From a virus (Duplodnaviria > Caudoviricetes), in the IMG/VR virus record IMGVR_UViG_3300045837_000213, positions 1-64,000 of that record: 64,000 nt of DNA; one strand, written 5' to 3'. Made by a program: the position numbers and the translations under genes. The notes beneath the pieces were generated by a model. The model worked only from the letters and a program-made list of their open reading frames with translations. It searched no databases and had not been told where the DNA came from. This document shows, one piece after another, positions 62,432 through 64,000 of this stretch; positions within the stretch are counted from its first letter, which is position 1; each line of letters begins with the position of its first letter.

Positions 62432-64000
62432 TCACGACGCTGGCACGCCGTCCTCTTCCTCCTGCTCGGTCGGCCCGGGCGGGTCGCCGTTCTCGGCCTG
62501 CGCCTTCCGCACGACGGCAGGCTTCGCCGACGCGCCCGCGCCGAATAGGCGCTCCATCTCCTCCACGGGGTCGAAGTCTGCCGGTAGCGCGTCCGCGTTC
62601 TGCATGATCGACCAGAGGGTTTCCAGCGAGAGCTGCGATTCCATGACCATCTGGCTGTAGGCCTGTACCTGCTGCGGCGTGAGCAGGAGGCTGCGGAGGT
62701 GTCCGCCCCAGGTGGCCGTCCCGCCCGACTTCTCGCCGAGGTAGGCGGCGTGGAACGAAAGACACGCCTCGAGCGCGTCCCGGCCCGAACGCACGATGGT
62801 CTCTAACTGCGAGGACTCCTGCGAGAAGTCGATGACCGTTTCGGTGGCCGTCGCCGCGGCCTCGGGGCGCGAACTTAAGACCGAGAGGCCGAGCGCGGCC
62901 ATCTCGGCGCGCACGTCCTGGAGGTCGGTGCGCGCCACCTCGAGCGACTTGCCCTGCGGCTCCATGTACTTCGCTTCGCCGCCCATCGGGATGTCGAGTC
63001 CGAAGCCCGAGCCGACCGCCTGCTGCGGCGACTGCGTGTTGCGCCCGATGAAGACCGGGATCGGGAACCCGGCCTTGTGGAGCGACGCGTCATAGTCCGA
63101 GCGCTTCTGGTAATACTTGATGTTGATGAGCGCGAGGTCGAGTAAGACCGGCTGGCTCGTGAGGAAGCCCGTCTGCTGCCCGTACACGACGGCGACGGGG
63201 ATGCGCTCGAACGGCACGCGAGGACCGCCCGTCTTGCTGCCGCGCATGCAGACGCCTTCACCGGCGTCGGCGAACGTGACTTGGCCCGACTTAGGGTCGA
63301 CGACCTTCCTCTTCAGCTCCCAGCGCGCGCGGTACTTCTGCCCGCCAGTCACCGAGTCTTTGTATTCTTCGAGAAAGAACGTCCGATACTGGTAGGCAGG
63401 CGCGGAGCCGTAGCGGCCCTGCCGCTCGCTCACCTGCTCCTCGAAGGTGATCTGACCGATCTCCAGCTCGCCGTTGATAATGACGGGAATGAAATTGACC
63501 GCCTGGTTTGCCTTGTATTTCGTCCAGTAGGGTCGGAGTCCCATCTTCTGCTCGGCCTCGGCGTTCGCCGCCTCGCCCTGCTGCATGTCGACGAGAATGA
63601 AGGCGTGCCCCTCGAAGGCGTCGGTCAGAACGCGCTTCATGAAGACGTCGAGGTGGGTGCCGGCGAGGTCGATGTTCTCGACTTGACCCTCGACGCCGGC
63701 CTCCTCGTCGCCCCTGATCGCCGCCGGCACGTCCTCCCCGAGGACTGGCCCCTTCTTACATGCCATGCCGACGAGGCCGCCGACGGTGCGGTTGTAGGCG
63801 TTGAAGAAAGTGGCCGTCTTCAGCCGGTCTTCGTAATCGTCCTTGTGCTCGGCGGGGAATTTGGGGAGGTATTTCTCCCGCTTCGAGCGCATGTGGAGCG
63901 TGCCTGCCGCGACGTCCGAGCAGATCTGCCATGCGGGCTGCATCTGCGCGTAGGCGGGCGACTGGTAATCGGGCTTGTCGTAAGGCTGTTTAATCTCTTC
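62432..64000 (-). CDS. Portal protein (DUF4055-like), 5'-truncated by the window
   Basis: YLPKFP.E...Y..RL, NIDLAG, LLDLALINIKYYQ..SD, TATE. Confidence 0.9.
   Translation of the reverse strand, partial: EEIKQPYDKPDYQSPAYAQMQPAWQICSDVAAGTLHMRSKREKYLPKFPAEHKDDYEDRLKTATFFNAYNRTVGGLVGMACKKGPVLGEDVPAAIRGDEEAGVEGQVENIDLAGTHLDVFMKRVLTDAFEGHAFILVDMQQGEAANAEAEQKMGLRPYWTKYKANQAVNFIPVIINGELEIGQITFEEQVSERQGRYGSAPAYQYRTFFLEEYKDSVTGGQKYRARWELKRKVVDPKSGQVTFADAGEGVCMRGSKTGGPRVPFERIPVAVVYGQQTGFLTSQPVLLDLALINIKYYQKRSDYDASLHKAGFPIPVFIGRNTQSPQQAVGSGFGLDIPMGGEAKYMEPQGKSLEVARTDLQDVRAEMAALGLSVLSSRPEAAATATETVIDFSQESSQLETIVRSGRDALEACLSFHAAYLGEKSGGTATWGGHLRSLLLTPQQVQAYSQMVMESQLSLETLWSIMQNADALPADFDPVEEMERLFGAGASAKPAVVRKAQAENGDPPGPTEQEEEDGVPAS

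Larger units (their letters stand above)
304..64000. mobile_element. Temperate siphovirus-like prophage (right end outside the window)
   Basis: Integrase, cI/cro switch, recombination/replication genes, then portal, scaffold, capsid, head-tail, tail tube, tape measure, tail tip and fibre in canonical order. Confidence 0.95.

Noticed and set aside
415-63395. Numerous long overlapping or antisense ORFs in the track
   Set aside because: Arg/Ala/Gly/Pro-rich shadow frames typical of high-GC DNA, overlapping better-supported genes.

Overview
The window is most of a GC-rich temperate siphovirus-type prophage. It runs from an integrase and immunity region (0.3-5.8 kb) through a long + strand early/replication/accessory arm (to ~33 kb) to a - strand head/tail operon (33.8-64 kb). 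The portal gene is cut by the window edge; terminase and lysis genes are not seen. The main discovery is a + strand moron (43.2-47.0 kb) inserted in the tail operon. It encodes a single stand-alone Cas7/RAMP-like protein, two small HNH nucleases and four non-coding arrays of 5-nt GGY-NN units. Read as a gapped code (NN.x.NN.x, skipping the codon wobble base), the variable dinucleotides of three arrays align to three genes of this same prophage: tail-tip, tape measure and the RAMP gene. Many mismatches are synonymous Leu/Ser/Arg codon-family swaps. This points to an RNA-guided anti-relative (phage-vs-phage) system with recoded self alleles, and it matches my unverified recollection of recently reported VIPR systems. 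The prophage also carries an array-less type IV-B CRISPR-Cas module (csf1-cas11-csf2-cysH-csf3) on a lower-GC island bounded by IS200/IS605 right-end-like hairpins. A TPR regulator and divergent secreted peptide next to the repressor resemble a peptide-communication module. All assignments are by eye; no database searches were run.
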